Of a DNA stretch of 61,670 nucleotides, positions 26,010-37,054 are shown one piece after another. The notes below the pieces were generated by a model. That model searched no databases, had not been told where the DNA came from, and was given only the letters and a program-made list of their open reading frames with translations. The stretch is from Octopus bimaculoides (lineage: Eukaryota). Each line of letters starts with the position of its first letter. Position 1 is the stretch's first letter. The position numbers and the translations under genes are program-made. The DNA is taken from assembly GCF_001194135.2 (NCBI RefSeq), contig NC_068982.1:187582947-187644616 (forward strand), in the 5' to 3' direction.

Positions 26010-27390
26010 AGATTAAGGTCTGCGTTTAGCAAAATTTTATCCTGTCCTGAATCCTGTGGCCCCAGTTGGCATCGTTAATAACCTTAGAATCTCTTGAAAG
26101 GCAAGTCAGTGGCTTTCTCTGCAAATGGTTTAAGTTTGCTTGTGGCCTCAGTAGTGCAAGCACATTATGAGGCCAGCAACGTCTTACAACTCTCATTCAG
26201 TGACCTCAGGGAATAATTTAAGGTAACACAAGGAAGAGAAGTCCTATTGTACAGGGAGTCCAAGGATCAGCTGGTACCAGGGTGTGAACAAGGAGGAAAT
26301 AAAGGCAGGGCAAACATTGCAAGAAGTAGAGTCATACCCAGGGTAAAATGTGTTGGTGGGTACCTTGGTAACTGGTAGAGTGAGCTTGAGATCCTTTCTG
26401 GAGACCTAAATTAGCAAGGCCCAGGGCAAAGAGAGACATTATCTCATTCGAAAGCAGGTTTGAGTAAATGTCAAGGAAATTTGAGTGATCAGAATCTAGG
26501 AGTTCAGGCATCAGAGACCATGGGCAAGGTGGGGAAGGGTGCAGAAATGCAGGATTACTTGGTCAAACATCAAACATCATCCCTGCACACTTTCATCATG
26601 TGCAGGTCCTTGTTTAGGTTGGTGATGATTCCTTTTCAAGTCTTGCTAACTTCCACAGCTGGGATCAAGAATGAGTCACCATTCTGCCCATATTGCTTTG
26701 GAAAAGGATTCTTAGAACATCAGTTTAATGACTGCCCAAAAGCCCATACAGAGGGTAAGTATCAGAAGCACCATGATCAAGTGTTCAACATGGTTGCTGA
26801 GAGCTTAGCTCTGCCTCAATGAAGGCAATTAGATTTGTCAAAGCTGGAGAGAAACCACATTCACAAATGAAAACAAGGGCAGGACTCTGTCAATTTGGAC
26901 AGAGAACTGAAGCTTTTATGGCACATAGAAACAATATTGTCCTGGCCAGAGATGATCTTCACCTCTGAAGCACCAAACCAATGGCCATGGTGGAAGTTAT
27001 GGTACTTCAGGAAGAGTGTATCGAACAAGCCAAAGAGAAAAACAAAATGTGTGAAATACCAAGAGGTGAGGAAGAAGTGTCAGGATAAGGGCTGGTAAAC
27101 ATACTATGAGCCTATAGAAGTGGGTGATACAAGTTTTGCAGGATGAGCTCTCTGCAAAGTCCTTAACCAATTGAAATTTGCAGGGGAAGAAAAGAAGAGA
27201 GTCATTCAGTCAATGAGTGAAACTCAAGAAAACACCACCAGGTGGCACTTGATTAGGAGCATAGATACATGGATGTGATCTCAGCTGGGTCACTCGAGCA
27301 AGGGATTTTGATGTTGAAAGACTGAAATACCTGATGACTTTAGGTGACATTGCTGATAATGTGTCCCAGCTCATCTGGGAGATGTATCTT
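26010..27390 (+). mobile_element. RLE-type non-LTR retrotransposon (HERO-like) 3' fragment, degenerate
   Basis: Zinc knuckle CPYC...EHQFNDC followed by KYQKHHDQVF; a P-D/E-type motif (WPEMIFTSE); KYQEVRKKCQDKGW; EPIEVG in another frame. Many stops. Confidence 0.7.
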
Positions 27391-28607
27391 GCACACAAAT
27401 GCACATGTATATATACATGTGCACACACATGTATAGACATATGTATGTATGGATAAAACATGTTTCTTTCAGTTTTTGTCTGCTAAATCCACTCTCAAGG
27501 CTTTAGTTGGCCTGGGGATACAGTAGATAACACTTGCCCAAGGGGCCACACAGTGGGACCAGACTCGAAACCATTTGACGGGGGATTTTTTTTTAATGAC
27601 TTACACCTTATATATCATATATCATGTTGACTAAAACTGAACTGCATACATAAATATTTGAATAACTTGATTGAAGAAGTTTTGGGAGGATAGGACTGAA
27701 TGTAGGATTCATTAGTTTTAATAGTTTCTGAGACAACAGCTGAAGGGACACTAACACATATAAACAATCAATCAAACAAACAAACTAGACAAAAACTGAG
27801 GCACCTAATATTTTGGTGGTTGGAATAATGGTAGTGGTAAGCTGCAATGACAACAACAACAACAATTCTAATTTAGTCATGAAAAGTTCTAGATCCTAGA
27901 ATCATTACAACATCAACACATCACCTAAGGAACCTAGATGTGGTTGCTAGACATGCTAGAAATAGCTGCCAAATTTACCTGAAATCACACCATGTCTTCA
28001 GTAAAGGTCATGTTGGATAATATGAACACACACACACAGAGCTTTTATTGTATATCAACTAATGGCTGATAAAAGAACAGGAGTTATATCCTCAGTTCCA
28101 CGAGCTTACAAGTGTTTTTGCTATATGAAACATTCCAATCAAAGGTGAATGTTAGCGCAGCATTCAATAACTTCCCCTCAGCCATTAATAATACACACAC
28201 ACACACACATACATAGCTAGATAGATAGATAGACAGATAAACAGACAGACAGATAGAGAAGACAGACAGACAGATGGATAGATAGATGTTATTTATACAG
28301 TATTATAAAATTTAGTTTCATAACAGCTGAGACATGTTACCAAATGGTTCCATGTTAAAGAACCTCCCAAGAATGGAAAGGTAAATTTCAAACAGGGCTG
28401 AATGGAAGGGTGTAACTTGAACTCTTTTTTTTTTTTTTTACTGTAAATCTGGAAACACTACAACTGATTTCAGAGATGTAGAAAAAAAGAAAAAGAAAAT
28501 AAAGAACAAAACGTGGGGGCAAAGGAAGTAAAAAATGACAAGCCCTTTAGAGTTGTGTCCCTTAGATTGGTCATTATTTATTTATTTTTTCTTATGTCGT
28601 TGTCTAG

Positions 28608-28872
28608 CAGAGCGTTTCTCAACCAGGGTTCCGCAAAAGGTTCTTAGAGGTCCCATGAGAAAGAGTGAGATAAACTAATGCTAATTTCATAATTTTAATA
28701 TATATACACACACACACACATATGTATATGTGATATTTACCACGTGAACTATGATGAAAAAAATATGAGAAAAATATGGTATATAATTGTTCTTTTTTTT
28801 GTGCAGAGGTTGTTTGAGACATGTGGTTTATTTTAAGGGTTATGCAAGGGTGAAAAGGTTGAGAAACACTTG
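28608..28872. mobile_element. hAT-like MITE
   Basis: TIR-like ends (cag)..gtttctcaacc / ggttgagaaacacttg. Confidence 0.6.
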
Positions 28873-29149
28873 TCTGGTATGTCAGCATCCAAGTGATGAC
28901 TGTTGTGGAATGAAGAGAGAGAGTAAGTGTGAGGTGTAGAGGGGGAAAAGGAGAAAGAGAGAGAGATGAAGAGACAGGTTGAAGGGTGGGGGGATTTTGA
29001 AGAACATGGATGAGCGTGAATATGTATGTGTAATTGCTGGGTGTGGGGGAAATAAGTTCCATTTTTTGTATGGAAAGGATTTCTGATGAAGTGAGGACCA
29101 ACCAGTCGGTTAGAATATATTTTCTGGTCATGATGCAGCCAACAACTGT

Positions 29150-29990
29150 GAATGGAAGTGGGTCTACAGAATGGCAGACCACAATAGTCACTCTAACACA
29201 GGTGATACAATGATCGGAAAATATATCAGCTGCACTTTTGTAGATTATGAAAAGGTCTTTGATAGCAGTGGAGTCTCTACTGGCAAAAGAAGCTGAGACA
29301 CAATACACCAAACTTCTCAGAGAGGCAGAATAGTGATGCCTCACTGATGTAGCTCTGTTGTCACCATCTGTAAGAGTTCTAGGTGAGAAGGTCATCAAAC
29401 AAGATGGCATCTCTCACAGTTCTTCACCAGATGTCTTGGAATGGTTGTCAGAGACATCAACTGAAAAGATGGCATCATCGTAAAAGGCAAGCAACTGAAA
29501 CATCTCTGATTGACAGACGACATTGTGCTTATTGTAGAAACTTCAGGTCAGCAGCAGACCATGTCGACAGAACCGGACAGTCACAGTCCAGCAGTAGGCC
29601 TCAAAATAAAGCACATGGAAACAAACTACATATGGACCAAACATGTAGCATGTGATGGAATAGAGGTGACAGAGTACATCTGCTTGGTACAGATGTTGAA
29701 GATATTTCGAGGCATGAACACTGAAATTTCTTGCTGAATAAGAATATGGTGGGTGTGTTTGCCTTGACTAATTAAATACTAATAGCACACCTGGACAAGA
29801 TTCTCTGTGCCAAATTCTTCACTTGCACCATCCTACTTGCACTCTTATATAGAAATGAAATGTGGACATCTATGAAGAAGGAAGAATAATGATTGGCTAC
29901 GGCACTGAGGGCCATGGAAAGATCCATACTAGGTGTATCATTGTGGGTATATACCTGAAACTAGCAACTGGAGAATGATGTGATCACAAT
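29150..29990 (+). mobile_element. RTE (BovB-like) LINE RT fragment, degenerate
   Basis: FVDYEKVFDS, a KQDGIS remnant, TDDIVLI..SGQQQTM....S..VGLKI and LYRNEMWT, spread across frameshifts. Confidence 0.7.
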
Positions 29991-30917
29991 ATGATCACTG
30001 AATATTGAAAGCACAACAACCTGTGTGATCTAAACATTGAGAAGAATAAACCTGGGAGTGAACAGGAAAATAAGGGATGAGTACTAAGTGACTGAAGGCA
30101 ACAGGCTCTTGATAAGGACCACACTTAGGGGCTGCAATAGTTTAGTGGATATAAGACCCTTTTTTGGTTCAGTTTAAAACAAAGAACCTGGACCAGGGAA
30201 CCTTTAGGGAACACATTGTGTTCCCTAAAGGTCTCCTGGAAGTGGAAGTGATTGGAATGGGAAATGGCCAGGGTCGTAGTATGGCCTGACCCCTCCAATG
30301 AGGGTGTTTCTCTTTTTTCTATTTGTCTGTTTTTAACATCTTAATGTATTGTATTACGTTTCCAACCCATCGCTGTGTGTGTGTGTGTGTGTGTGTATGT
30401 GAAGACACACCTTGCAAATACTCTTTCATATGTAATGTAAAGCCTTTTTGTAACACTTTTTGTACGGAATGCAATGGACTTTGAGAAATCAACTTGTGTC
30501 CTGTCTTAACCCCATCACATGGCTTTACAAGGCTGCTGTTGTGAACCTTTAAGACAACCAACACACAATAAAAATTCAGAGCTCACCCCACCTCCCCAAG
30601 TTCCCTCAAATTCACAGGAGATGTTTTGGCTCAGCCATTTCACATCTGACGTCACTGATTCAATGCAGACTTATTTGACATTAAATGTTTTAATGTCTCT
30701 CTAGTTCTCTTCCTCTCCCCCACCTCAGTCACTCTCTCTCTCTTTCAATCACACTTTCTGTCTCTTTCTCTCTGTTTATGTGTGTGGGTGTATTTCTCTT
30801 TATGAGGAGGGGGAAAGCATTTATCCCAATTATATTCAATTAATAATTTTAATGTCTCCCCCTCTCTCTATCTCTTTGTGCATGTGTGGGAACGAAATTT
30901 ACTTAGTGGGTACAAAT

Positions 30918-31339
30918 ACATTATTTACATTTGACGGATATTTGTCCTCATCTTGTTTGTTGTTGACATGTTTCATCTGATACACCCTCCAGCCTTCATC
31001 AGGTGACCTGGGGGAATTTCGAACCTGGGTTCTCATTCCGAAAGTATTTTCCAATGTTGTTGTTGTTATTATTATTATTATTCAGGTCACTGCCTGGAAT
31101 CAAACTTGGATTCTTGGGGTTAGTAGCCTGCACTCTTAACCAATATGTCATATGCCTGCGGGCAATTATGGAGTGAATTTTAGGGCTCATGAATCTAATA
31201 TTTTCCTATCCTGATGAAGGCTGGAGGGTATATCAGCTGAAATGTTGTGTTAATAACAAACAAGATGAGGACAAATATCCGTCAATTGTAAATAATCTAT
31301 ATAATGTACAGAATTCCTCATCTCTTAAATATAAAACTG
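30918..31339. mobile_element. Family D, full minus-strand copy plus inverted 3' part
   Basis: The minus copy (31211 to 30918) includes about 60 nt upstream of the tRNA-like head. The plus arm starts at CTGATGA (31211) and runs to the extended tail at 31339. Confidence 0.85.
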
Positions 31340-31598
31340 GGTGCAAATAGTTATTATATTTGTACACCAACCAAATCAGATAAACAAAGTAACACACACA
31401 CTGAGATCCTGTCTCCCAGATTTAGTTACAAGGCATTGGTTGGCCAGGAGTTATAGTAGAAGACACTTGCCCAAGGTGTCACACGGTGGGATTGAACCCG
31501 GAACAATGTAGTTAGGAAGCAAGCTTTTTACCACACTGCCATGCCTGGCCCAATTAATAAGGTAACAACATAATAATGGTCTATAAAAGCCAAGCTAC

Positions 31599-31642
31599 TC
31601 CAGGCTGATGAAGGGAAAATTACCCTGAAACTAGTCTCTGGA
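31599..31642 (+). ncRNA. Minimal type-I hammerhead ribozyme motif (solitary, intact core)
   Basis: TCCAGG-CTGATGA-AGGG(aaaatta)CCCT-GAA-ACTAGT-C-TCTGGA: 6-bp stem I, 4-bp stem II, palindromic ACUAGU in place of helix III, GUC cleavage triplet. The flanks aaagcca/tggcttt extend stem I. Confidence 0.7.
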
Positions 31643-32325
31643 TGCTGGCTTTGTTGGGTGGAGGTGCTTATCTCCCTTGTTTGAAAGGCAGCGAGCTGGC
31701 AGAAACGTTAGCACGCTGGGCAAAATGCTTAGTCTATTTTGTCTTTTTTTTATGTTCTGATTTCAAATTTCGCCGAGGTCAACTTTGCCTTTCATCCTTT
31801 TGGGGTCGATGAATTAAGTACCAGCTGTGTACTGGAGTTGATCTAATCAACTGCTCCCCACTCCCTAAAAATTTCGGGCCTTGTGCCTAGAGTAGAAAAG
31901 AATATAACAAGTCTGGAATCTTGACAGAGGGCAGCAGCTTTTGAAGGGAGGGGGAAGTGGATTACATTGACCTCAGTATGTGACTGGTATTTTATTTTAT
32001 TGACCCTGAAAGGATGAAAAACAAAGGCAACCTCGGAGGAATTTGAACTCAGGGTGTGAAGACAGCCAAAAGGTGGTGAAGTGCTTTTGTCCGACAACAC
32101 TGGACAACATAATGGAGTCAGCAACTTAAGATGAGTGGGCACGACTGGTCAACATGGACAATGACAGACAATATTGAATACTGTTGATTGAAAGGGAAAC
32201 AAAAATGTGAAGCAATCAGGGAAAGAAACATATAAATATCTTTCATGTTTTACTTGCTTCAGTCATTGGATTGCAACTATGGCGGGGGTGGGGGTATAAC
32301 CTTGAAGGCTTTAGCTGAACAAATT

Positions 32326-32353
32326 ATTCCGAGTTTGATTCCAGGTAGTGACT

Positions 32354-32399
<46 letters not shown>

Positions 32400-32518
32400 C
32401 CCAGGTTCGAAATTTCCCCAAGACAACTGATGAAGGCTGGAGGGTATATCAGCCAAAACGTTGTGTTGACAACAAACAAGATGAGGATAAATATCCGTCA
32501 AATGTAAATAATGTAAAT
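32326..32518 (+). mobile_element. Family D, 5'-truncated and internally deleted copy
   Basis: B-box remnant, (AAT)n, hammerhead with G12 changed to A, and tail; possible TSD aaattat. Confidence 0.8.
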
Positions 32519-34259
32519 TATCTCCTGTACTTATGCCAAACTTCTAGGTTATGGAAACACAAGCAAAACAAAACCTGGTTGTCATGTGATGGTGGGGAGG
32601 AGACAAGCACAAGAGAGAGAGAGACATGCTTAATAAATTTGAGCAATATGTTGTTAATGTTATCTACTCGCAGGAAAATCTCATGGTTACACAGAGATTC
32701 AGAAGGAAATAGGGGAGCTGGCAGGCAGCCATGAAGGGGTGTATTACCTGCAATCAAGGAAAGATCTATCTAATAAACTACTTGAGAAGAATCCTCTTCT
32801 TTGAAACCCCTTTAATTTACCTTAATAAATCTCTCTAAAGTTTTTCTGGGAGTCTTTACATAACAATTCTAAAATAAGATTTCCCCCCGCCAAGATTAAT
32901 TTTTTTTTTTACATTTTGTCTTCACTTCTGTAATCTTTTCCTCCCTCATGAAGTATGGGACTTATCTTTCTTTTTCTTTAACAAGTCTCAGCCCTTGGAC
33001 TGCAGCTACACTGGGGGCACCACCTTGAAGGGTTTTAGTTGAATAAATCAATGCCAGTACTATGTTTTTCCCTGAAGTCGAGTGTTTATTCTATCGGACT
33101 CTTAGACTGAACCGCTAAGTTATGGGTATATAGACAAGCCAGCATCAGTTGTCAAGCAATGGCAGTTGGGGTGACAAACACAGACACATACACAGACAGA
33201 CGTGTATGTATACATATATCTTAAGAGAAAGAAAGTTGTCAGGGTTTGGATAAAAGAACTATTTATTTAGCACTTTCATTCCATTCAGTGATTCATCATC
33301 AATGGTTTACTGAAAATTTATGCCTTTTATGAGTTAGCTAAAAATATTTGGAATTTAATTTGTTTTCTTGGGTTTTGGGAAAAGAATGTTCTGGGAGTGG
33401 TTAGTTGAAATGTTCTTTGTCATTTTGAATGTGTGTGTGTGTGTGTATAGTGAATTTTTAAACAGACCATACAGGATTTATATATATATATATATATTTA
33501 TTTGTGGTTTAACAAGGCTACCATTGATTCCATGCTGAGTGAAATATCTCAACAATTATCTCTCAGCATGAAACCATTGGTCACCTTGTTAGTCCACAAA
33601 TAAAGAATATTTATCCATCAATTGCAATGTTGAGCACTCATTCTCAATGTTTGATATTAGGGTGTGTGTAAATATATATATATATATATAAATATAATGG
33701 ACTCTCCCATCATTAAACAACGTATGAGGGTTTGACAATTTCTTACTGAACAACCACACAGATGATTTGTTTATAGTGATCAAATGTTTGTTGTAGACAT
33801 AAGTTCACTCCCTCCATCAAATTGACATTACCTGTACAGGTGCAACTGGGTGTCACATGTCAGATGTCGAAATGATCACAGTGCAATGTGAAATGAAGTG
33901 CTTTGCTTAAGAACACAACACAATGTCCGGTCTGGAGAATTGAACCCATGATCTCGCAATCGTAAGTGCAATACCCTAACCACTAAGCCATGCACCTTCA
34001 CACACACACACATATATATATGTATATATATATATAAAGATATATGTATACATACACGTCTATCTGTATATGTCACCCAAACTGCCATTGCTTGACAACT
34101 GATGTTAGTTTGTCTATATACCCATAACTTAGCGGTTCAAACTAATAGTCCGATAGAATAAGCACTAGAATTAAGGGAATATATATATAGTTGAAATTTA
34201 CAGAAAAACAAAAGACGAAGACAGGTGTATTAGTTTGATGCTTCGGAAGGTGAGAAAGT

Positions 34260-34294
34260 CTTTACATTTTGAGCCTATGCTCTTCATCAGAAAG
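34260..34294 (-). ncRNA. Degenerate minimal hammerhead motif in a further PLE-type repeat
   Basis: Minus strand cttt-CTGATGA-A-GAGC(atag)GCTC-AAAA-TGT-A-AAG. Both departures from consensus (G12 to A, ACGT to ATGT) are CpG-type changes. Confidence 0.5.
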
Positions 34295-35656
34295 GAACAT
34301 GAGGAAATAAACAGAGAAAAAAAAAAAAAACTTTTGGAACTCGCGGTCAAATATACACACACACACACATATATATACACATACATACACACACACTCAA
34401 TGGGCTTCCAAATTCATTCACAAGGAATTTGTCGGACCATGGATGTAATAGAAAACACTTATCCAAGGTGCCATGCAGTGGAACTGAACCCAAAGTCACA
34501 TGGCTGCAAAGCAAGTTTCTTAACCATGGAACAAAATGATTGTTTCCTCCAGACTTTGACTGAACAATTACAACAATAACAAACATAGAATGACAATAAA
34601 CAAAAAGGCTGAGACAGACAGAGAATGTTTGGTGTCGCCAGATATTGGATGGAAGCAAATTTATTTTGCAGACAAACCTTAATCAGATTCTTATGAGAAG
34701 AAGCTTCAGAATCAGACAGCATCTGTTGATTCTGTCAGTTTTGACCGAAGTTAAATTAAACAGATCAGCAATCTTTAACCTCTAACAGAGTCCTTGATAA
34801 ATGGAATGGTGATGGTCGGGTGTGTCACAATGACGTCAGCAGAGACTTGTTGATAATAACTATATACATAGCCATACATATATTCATACATACACACGCA
34901 TGCATACATGTATATATGTAAATGTATGTGTATATATGTATGCATGTGTAAGTATGTGTATATGTATGTGTGAGTATGTGTGTGTATGAGAGAGATACAT
35001 ACACACACACAATTATAGACATATTTTTCTCACACAAAATTTCAGGCGTAGTGCCTGATATAGAAAAGATTATGATTGTCAAAATGTCAAAAAAAAGAAA
35101 AAAAAATTTATATAAAATTTAGGATTTACCTTAATAAATCTCTCTAAAGTTTTCCTGGGGTTTCTGGTGCCCCAGGCAAGCTGAACTTCAGCGCCCTTAC
35201 ACGTATAATTTTTTAAAACTTTCACAAGGAGAAAAACTGAAAATGTAGTTGCTGGTACCTTGAGCCAGCCCTGCATGCATACATACATACACACACATAT
35301 GTACATACAGACATACACACATACATACACATACACACATATACATGCATACATACGACACATACATACATGTACATATATACATACACACACACATATA
35401 TATACATACATAAATAGATACTGGCAGCACATAAAAAGATGGTTGATGCTAGTGCCACCTGACTGGTTCCTGTGCCAGTGGTATGTAAAAAAAGCACCCA
35501 CTACACACTTGGAGTGGTTGGTGTTAGAAAGGGCATCCAGCTGTAGATCTGTTGAAACCTGGTGCAGCCTCCTGGCTTGCCAGTCCTCAGTCCAACCCAT
35601 GCCAGCATGGAAAACGGATGATAAACAATGATGATAATAATGATACATATATACAT

Positions 35657-35761
35657 CAGGGCTGGCCCTAGGGTTGCTGGTGCCCTGGGAAAGCTGAATT
35701 TCGGCACCCTTACAATTATAAAACTGACAGCCCAAGTTGCTGGTACCTTGAACCAGCCCTG
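35657..35761. mobile_element. Small TIR element (Harbinger-like MITE)
   Basis: Perfect 9-bp TIR cagggctgg / ccagccctg; related partial copy at about 35160-35273. Confidence 0.5.
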
Positions 35762-36000
35762 CACATCAGACAAAGTACTTTGTGGCATTTCTTCTATCTT
35801 TACATTCTGAGTTCAAATTTCACTGAAGCTAACTTCATCGTTCATCTTTTTGAGGACAATAAAATAAGTACCAGTTATGTACTGAGGTTGATGTAATTGA
35901 CTTAACTGCTTCCCTGAAATTGCTGGCCCCCCGCCAAAATTTGAAACTAAAATTATTCTATGTTAAAATGCACTTTAGGGATCTAAAAAATGAAAGTAAA

Positions 36001-36094
36001 TTGACTGGAAGGGATCACCGTGACTCCACACTGACTGGAAGGGGTCACTGTGACTCTACATTGACTGGAAATGATCATTGTGACTCTACATTGA
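36001..36094. repeat. 30-bp tandem repeat, three copies
   Basis: (t/c)tgactggaa-N10-tgactc(c/t)aca repeated three times. Confidence 0.85.
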
Positions 36095-36139
36095 GTGTTT
36101 ATTTGGTGCTACAGAATAATTCCACTCTTGTGTTTTCTA

Positions 36140-36360
36140 CCCTTTAGCATTTAAACTGGCCATATCCGGCCAAAAGTATTCTGCCTATTCTATGATCAAA
36201 CTGGCCAGATCTGGTCTCTCACACCAACCCTAGAATATCGTTTTAAAAATTAACAGCTACCTCATCAAAATCTCATAGCTACAAGATAATGCATGATTAG
36301 TTCAAAACAATGTGGTTAAAAAAGCATTAATTATGGCAGAATAATGTGAACACTAAAGGG
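36140..36360. mobile_element. piggyBac-like MITE
   Basis: Termini ccctttagcattta ... cactaaaggg|TTAA; homologous to 13115-13335. Confidence 0.7.
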
Positions 36361-37054
36361 TTAAAGAAATGATTTCTTAATTTTGTTACTCTTAATGATT
36401 TTAGCAGAATCACCAAAAGAGAATTGAAGAAATCCTTTGATTTTATAAACAGAACTCCCTCATTATACTGTATCTACAGGTACCTACTTGTCTATAGCCT
36501 AACCTTCCAGGGATGGCTTAAGTATTTGAGAAATAGCAGCTGAGGTACCCCCTCCCAACCTTCTATACTCCAGCAATGAACAGCACCATTGAGGAGGCAA
36601 TTCAGTGCCTTGTATGTCAATGCATGACAGCCACCACAGCTATATATGAGCAATGCAATCTACTGTGAAAGAACTGACAGGAAGTGATAGCATTGTTCCT
36701 GTTGAATCATGGGATATGTTATAAAGATTGTTTACAGGAAATTATGAGATGTCACACTTATCACTTCTGGTTAATTTACTTCAACTGTTTTTCAGTCCCC
36801 TCGACTGTATGCTAATATTCTTTCCTACTATAGGCACAAGGCCTGAAATTTTGGGGGAGGAGGTCAGTCAATTAGATCAACTCCAGTATGCAACTGGTAC
36901 TTAATTTATCGACCCCGAAAGGATGAAAGGCAAAGCCGACCTCGGTGGAATTTGAACTCAGAACGTAAAGACAGATGAAATGCCGCTGAGCATTTCGCCC
37001 GGCGTGCTAATGTCCCTGCCAGCTCACCGCCTTGGTAATAATAATGTATTTTAG

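Noticed and set aside
27315-27360. Other CTGATGA/CTGAAGA-like strings (here, ~20210, ~43918, ~54686)
   Set aside because: No pairable stem II followed by GAAA, a palindrome and a closing stem I.
30266-30292. Compact pseudoknot-like GGCCA/TGGCC and GGGTC/GACCC, considered as an HDV-like ribozyme
   Set aside because: Lacks P3, P1.1, P4 and the catalytic J4/2 strand; too short.
30411-30546. Minus-strand exon-like segment VHNSSLVKPCDGVKTGHKLISQSPLHSVQKVLQKGFTLHMKEYLQ
   Set aside because: The donor (gtgtgt) is weak and microsatellite-adjacent, no family is recognised, and it would not join the Lys-rich ORF in frame. Unsupported without RNA data.
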